A stretch of 58,311 nt of DNA from Vicugna vicugna (Eukaryota): positions 198,016 to 256,326 of the forward strand of contig MU057936.1 in the NCBI GenBank assembly GCA_013265495.1. Direction: 5' to 3'. Numbering within the stretch: position 1 is the stretch's first letter; each line of letters begins with the position of its first letter. Both the position numbers and the translations under genes were made by a program. The notes below the pieces were generated by a model that saw only the letters and a program-made list of their open reading frames with translations, was not told the DNA's origin and did no database searches. Positions 52,210-58,311 of the stretch are shown piece after piece.

Positions 52210-53465
52210 ACATCCTTCAGGGAGAGAGTGCTCCTGTAACGGAAAAGGAGCATTAACGTTAGGAGGTCTCTTGGGGACTCTGTAAGAGGTCCTGTCCACC
52301 TAGTCCTGCCAACCCTGGCCAATGTTGGGGTAGCGACCCCCCACGTGGCAACCTGCCGTGCTTGTCCCAGCATCTTAGGAGCTCACTGTGTCCCATCCTG
52401 GGTCCATGGAAGCCGGGACAGCGACCTTCCTCAAGGCTTAGATGTGTGGAATAAGTCCTTTCTTTTGTGGGTGATGCACCAGATCTCAGTACTTCCATTC
52501 CCCTTCCTTCCCGACTCCCACATGCGCTCAGTCCAGTGGGTGCGGGGTTGCACGTGGGGGGAGGGGGTATGGTGGTGCCAGGTGAAAGCATCATGCTTGT
52601 AGTGAGTGGGAACAGAGGGCTTGGTGCCCCAGTGAGGATTTTTTTTTTTTTCTGTGTGGCCCCTGGGAGGCAAGTGCCAGGTCAGCAGGGTGCATGGCTC
52701 TGGCACCGCAGTCCCAAATGAGGGCCCCAACCCCACTGGGTGGTGAGGGGCTGTCCCCCTACCAACAGCAGGGGTAGGGTCCATAGAGCACTTGTGGGAG
52801 GGAGGTCCCACAGGGACTGTGGTGGCAGCGGTGGCCTCAGCCACTGTGTGAGCTCTCTTATAGTCTGCCTATTTAAAGCTGTATTTATTTTTAAAGCCAG
52901 AGGGCAAATATCCTATAGCTTACTTGGGTGCTTAGCTGCCTGTGAAAGTTGCTGGGAACTTTCCTTAACAAGCCCTGTGTGTATGTAACGATGAGAAATG
53001 AAAAACCTAGCAGCGAGGTTTGGGAAGTGCTTGGTAAATTCCCTCCCCTCTCTTTGCAGAGTAAGACCTGTAAGTGCAGCGAGGTAGAGGCGTGGAGAGG
53101 AGACAAGGATAACCAACCACAGAGGGGCCAATAATAAGCCTACATGGGTAGCCACGGAGAGAGGGCGGTGCTATGCTTTTAGCTGTGTGTCTAGAGAACA
53201 TGGCATGGCGTGGAAATTGTCTTGGTGGTGGATGGACAGACCTGTCGTCTCTCTAGTTCATTCCACGACCCACTCACCCTCACAGGAGAGACTTTTTCAG
53301 TGGTGAGCACCCTAGAGGCTTTTATGTGCTTGACTCCTGCCCACATTTTTGTGGCAGTAGGTCCAAAAGAGGTAACAGATGATGAGAAAGTAAGAGACAG
53401 AGAGTCAGTTAGTGCCTCTCAAGCGCAAGGGAGGCGAGAGGGTTTGGCTTACCAAATCTCTTGAT

Positions 53466-53483
53466 CTCCTGGCTGCAGTGCCA
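53466..53483 (-). promoter_or_regulatory. Primer-binding site, closest to tRNA-Arg(ACG)
   Basis: TGGCACTGCAGCCAGGAG, 4 nt from the 5' LTR; 14/18 match to recalled TGGCGAGCCAGCCAGGAG. Confidence 0.6.
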
Positions 53484-53487
53484 AAGA

Positions 53488-54190
53488 TGTTGTCAGTAGT
53501 TGTAACCATTGTTCCAGGTTCTTGTTCTGTCCCAGAAAGAATTCAGAGATGAGATGCAGAGGTTAAGAAAGTAAAGTGAGGATTTATTAAGGGATGGATA
53601 GTACACTCTCAAGGGGAGAGCTGGCAGGCTCAACTGAGCTGCTGCCCTGAGTTTTTTGGCAAGTTGGTTACATACGGTGTAAAAATGAATGGACAGAATA
53701 TTCATTGGGAAGGGAAGAGTTTGGGACTGTATTGCCTGATTTTTATCCCAACTCCACCTTCCCAAAGGGAGGAGGGATTTTTGTCCTTATTTTTTGTCCT
53801 TATTTGTCTGGATCAGAAGTGTCATGGCATCAGTGCATGATGAGTGCTTCTAATCGGCAAGGCTAATTTTATTGAGATGAGGACATAATGAGCAAAAGGT
53901 TACATTCGGACACTGGAAATTCCTGCCTTTTCCCACCTTTCTTTGTGGGTCTCCAGGGCACTCATCACCCCAAAAGGTGTGACCACTTATCAGCCCAGAG
54001 GTTCCTGTTTTTCTTTCTCTGCGCAGGGACCCCTGGTGCTTACATGATGTGTGGTTTCCTGCATTTGGCCCGTGCCCCTCCTTTCTGCCCAATTCCTGCC
54101 ATTTGGTCTGTGCCCCTCTTTTCTGCCCAATTCCTGCCATTTGGTCTGTGTCCCCCTTTCTCTGCTCATATCTAGCTATCTGCTCTAACA
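53488..54190 (-). mobile_element. ERV-B 5' LTR
   Basis: TGTTGT...CTCTAACA; shares diagnostic bases with 43694-44348; adjacent PBS. Confidence 0.92.
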
Positions 54191-57100
54191 GTATGATGCA
54201 AAAAGTTATAGCAGCAGGGGGAAGGGGAGTTAGAGGACACAATAAAAAGGACATCGTGTTAGTGTAAAAGCATGAGGATTACCAGACATGACTGAAAATG
54301 GAATTTGTGGGGAGGGTGTATAATAATTGGTATGTGGGGTATGAAGGCTCAGGGGGTGAAGATTAAGGAAGATGAGGACCTGGGACGAGAGTTCGATCCA
54401 TTTCAAGAACCACTTGCTTGAAAACAATTTAAGTCATATCTCTTTAAGGAGGTCATTAAGATGCTCAATGAGGTCAGCCACCTGGGGGCATAACCTTGCT
54501 AGAAGTTTTGAAAGCCACTTTGTTGGAAGAGCTCACTGGTGAGTCTTCTGAGAGGTGAAGTGGGTGTCCTGGTCAGAGTCAACAATGGCAATCCAAAGGG
54601 ACCAATAAATTTAGTGAGGAAAGAGATTATGTGTTTTGAGGAGGAATTCCAGGTAGAGTTCGCCAAGAGGAGTCCCATATAAGTATCCATGAATGCGATG
54701 GGGTATCTGGAAAGCCCAGCAGAAGGGGGCCATGGGCTGATGAAATCAATCTGCCAGTGGGCGTATGGTCAGTCTCCCCCCGGGAGTACGTCCCTATCGG
54801 GTAGCCCCCGATGTCTAGTTTGGTTGCAGAGAGTGCGTTCGTGTATCACAATCTTGGCTGCTGCTGAGGGGTGGGGGCCCTCACTTGAGCCCAAGTTATT
54901 AAGGCACGAGTATCCGATGACCCAAGGTGCTGTGAGCCCATTTTAAAAGCTGGTGAGAAGGGTCAGCGCCCGGAGGCATCTACCTGGCAGAGAGTGGAGG
55001 GCTGAGTGAGAGGGTCTGCAGTATTGTTGAAAATGGCTTCTGGTGTGGGGTGGTTAGAGGGAGTGGAACTGTGAGTACCGCTGAGAGGGACTGGGATTCT
55101 CCTAGTTCCTCCTGTATCTAGGAGCCCCAGGTGAACTTGCCTTGTATGAGAAAACTGTCCCTGAGCCATTGGCCAGACCAAACTGCAAGGCTGTTAGCAA
55201 CAGTCCAGGAGTCTGTGAAAATAGGGATCTGTGAAAGGCCCTTTTTATGGCCTCCTTAAGGGCTAGGTGAACAGCTACAGGTCCAGACAGTTGCTCCCCA
55301 CGGGCTCCCCAAGGAGCCACAGGAGGAGAATGGGAGGGGGTGCTGCTGTTCCTTGAGGCTGTCCGGCAAGGGGCTGAGCATCGGGGAAGCCACATCCTCC
55401 TATAATTTGGAAGGCCTTTGACGTCACGTTTAGCTCTCTCCTGAAGGTACCATTTCCATGTCACTAAGGAGGCATTGGTGGCTGTGCTGAGCTTTTCTCT
55501 TGAAAGACATCTCTAACACAGGGCATCATGGGAACTTGTATTTAGAGTAGTACCAGGTGGGGCCTGCTTAGGGATTCAGTTCCTAAAAGAGCCCAAAAAG
55601 GATGCCAAAAGCTGGTGTTTAAGGGGAGTATATGTGTCTGCTGCCAGGGATCCCAAACCCCATGGGAAGCCAGGTAGTCTCCTGTTTGCTCCTGAGACTC
55701 CAGGAGGGTTAGTCAGGTGTGGCCAATGAGTTGACATGGACTATGGAGCCAGTTGGGGACTAAAGGTAAAGTTTTGTGGCCTTTCTGCTGGAAAGCTGTC
55801 AAAGCACACTGTTGGGCTTCACCCCAATGGAAAGTGGCCGACTTGTATGTGATTGTGTACATAGGACGAAGAAACATTGAGATGTGATGTGTTGCCTCCC
55901 GCACATGAAAAGGCCTAATATGTGTTGTGCTTGTCTGAGTGTCGTGGGTGATTTAATGGTGAGTAATTATTGTTGGGGAAATTTCTCAGTCCTTGGGGGA
56001 CTAGACACCCAGAAATTTGACAGATGAGGCAGGGCCTTGGATCTTGTGAGGGGCGATTGCCCAGCCACGCTGGTGTAGGTGGTGTGTGAGGGGGGCAAAA
56101 TCTGCTCGTCCTGTTTTCTCAGAAGGACACCTGAACATAGTGTCATCAATATAATGCCCAAAATGACACCTTTCCAAGTGTAAGGTATTAACATTTTGGT
56201 GGCAGAGATTATGTGTGATTGCAGGGCTGTTTAAATATCCCATTGGGAACCACATAAATGTATATTCACCCCTTTCAAAAGTGAAAGAAAATTGAGCCTG
56301 AGACTCCTCTGAGATGGGAACAGAATAGAACAGGTTAGTGGGTCAACAAAGGACACTCCTTGGGCCGATTATATGTCCTCACTCAGTTCTGTATTATTAG
56401 GAATTGAAGCCTTAATAGGGAACCTGAGAACTGAGGTCTTGATAGTCAATGGTGAGGTGCCATTCATTGGTGGCTGGTCTAGATATCGGCCAAATGGGGC
56501 TATTGAAAGGGGAGATTGTGGCTTCCTGACTCCGGGCTGAAGTGTATCTTACATGACAGGGTGTAGGCCCTCCCTGCTGTGTTTACATCGATATTGGGTA
56601 GTGTTTACTGTCTCGACCAGGAGGGAAGAGTCACTGACATCCATTTGGTCAGTCCCACCAAGAAGGCCAAGAACTTGGGCTTTTTCCATGGGCATGGCAT
56701 CATGTCAGTGCATCCACACCTATAATATGAAAGAACAAGCTGGTGGCCACCACCAAAGGAAGCCATTTGAAGTGAATGGTCCTGTTAGGGATATCCAGGT
56801 GGATTTGTACACCTTTGATTGTTTTACTGGCAATGCCTTGTAGGTAGAAGGGCATCTTTTTTTGAGATTTAGAAGGATTGCTTGGAATGAGTGGCTTGGG
56901 TCCCCATGTCTAGTAGGGCCAAAAAGGACTGTGTCTTTTTATTGTACTAATGGACCACCAGAGTGGTATAGGGTTGATTGACTCTGGGAGGTGGGCCCAG
57001 CACAGGGAACTGTTGATTTCCTAGGGTAGGAGCTTAAGTGGCTGCCAGTACTAGAGGTTAGGGAAGGGGTAGAGGGAATAGTGGGGATTGGCTTGGGGCT

Positions 57101-58311
57101 AGAGGGGTGTGGCAAGAGGCTGGACAGCAGAAGAATGCTATAGCTGGGAGAATGTTAGTTTCAGGGCCTGGAGTTTAGAGACTCGCTATCCAGAGATTGG
57201 CCAAAAACCCCTAAGTTTCCGTAACTCCCAGTACCATAAGGGGCAAAATTACATCAGGGGTTTATTAGGGAGGGAGTGGGAAACCCTTTCCATTGAGGAA
57301 AATTTGTTTGTGGGAGACCTTTCTGGGGCAGTGGGGACAGAAGGCGACAAGTCTGAAGTATTGGGGCATCTGGGCGGCAGTGTCTATGTCTAGCAACCAT
57401 GTCAGTGCCCTCCAGTGCCTGATAGTTTCAGGAATGTCTCCAAAATGCAGTAGCACTGCCCTGGAATTAGTAAAAAGAATACGATCTGGACTTAGGGTCA
57501 AATGGGGCAAATCCAGGGTTGGCAATTCAGGGGATCATTTGGGTCACTATGGTCATAGAAATGACAGAGCCATTGGATCATGCCAACTTTGCATAGCAGG
57601 AGGTGTGTGGGACCCTCATGTACATTAACAGCCAATTAAAGCCTTTTTAATTAGTGATCTAATTGCCTCATTAGACCATATGGCCTTGATCTCACTGCTC
57701 TGGGGAGATCATTGAATTATTATGGCAGCAGTGACATTTTGGGGTGGGTACCACAGGCAGCACACGACAGAGGCAATATGGGAAAGCACGCAGCAGCATG
57801 ACCGCCCTCCAGCAAGCAGTGTTCTGTTCCCAGATGGTGTCACCCATCTGGGTTAGTCAGCGAGCAAGCCAGTTACAGCTAAAGGGTGTTCCCTTGATTA
57901 ATTGCAAAGGCCATCATGCAGTCCTGTCAGCTAGGCCAATTGTTTTGTGCTGTTCTCAGCCTATCAGTAGCAATGCAATTGAATAGAAATGCCTGGGGTC
58001 ACTCAGCTGGGCCTGAGATGAGCCCCCACATACATTTCCCTGATAGGAACCAATGCTGTGGCTTGACCAGTCTTTGTGGTTCTTATTATAAGATGCACCC
58101 AGGTAAAAACCATCAGAGAAGTTTGGGAAAAACCCCAAAGATTATTACTCATAAATCCTGGAGGATACATGGTACACCTGTAGCCATGCAGTAGAGAGAT
58201 GGTGGACCTGGGGTTCTGCCTTTATTGAGGTCTGGGATGGGGTGCCTAAGACTTTACAGGCTCACTCTTTGTCGGTGAATTTAAAATATAAGGGCCAGAA
58301 TTAAAACTCAG
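54191..58311 (-). mobile_element. Class III (ERV-L-like) gag-pro-pol remnant, heavily decayed, continuing beyond the window
   Basis: RT PMGYLNSPAITHNLC and HYIDD, GWAIAPHKIQGPASSVKFLGV; WKWYLQERA; IN WQIDFI near 54745; protease-like FLALLDMG near 56905-56930. Confidence 0.85.

Larger units (their letters stand above)
43694..54190 (-). mobile_element. Complete but decayed gammaretrovirus-like provirus (ERV-B): LTR-leader-gag-pro-pol-[solo LTR]-env-LTR
   Basis: Two matching terminal LTRs, PBS, PPT, all genes in order; 4-bp TSD ATAT/GTAT with one mismatch. Confidence 0.93.

Overview
Mammalian, repeat-dense genomic DNA; no prokaryotic features (no operons, rRNA, true tRNA genes or CRISPR). Six copies of a short tRNA-derived SINE resembling the camelid Vic-1 family suggest camel/alpaca (inference). 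The only intact host gene is an intronless ferritin heavy chain-like retrogene (FTHL17-like, minus strand, ATG 37198 to stop 36653, 181 aa) in a CpG island, which points to the X chromosome (inference). It lacks most ferroxidase-centre and 3-fold-channel acidic residues, has 8 Cys, and is followed by a truncated second ferritin copy. The rest is nested mobile DNA: a full-length Tigger1 with two retro-insertions, L1 fragments of several ages, a deleted ERV1 provirus (24264-~32080), solo LTRs, and a class III (ERV-L-like) element hosting a complete but decayed 10.5-kb gammaretrovirus-like provirus (43694-54190). That provirus has ERV9/HERV-W-like gag-pol, an EnvV-like env and a same-family solo LTR between pol and env. 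I cannot claim a new biological system; the best leads are the remodelled ferritin and the EnvV-like ERV family. Repeat family names come from remembered consensus sequences, not a database search.
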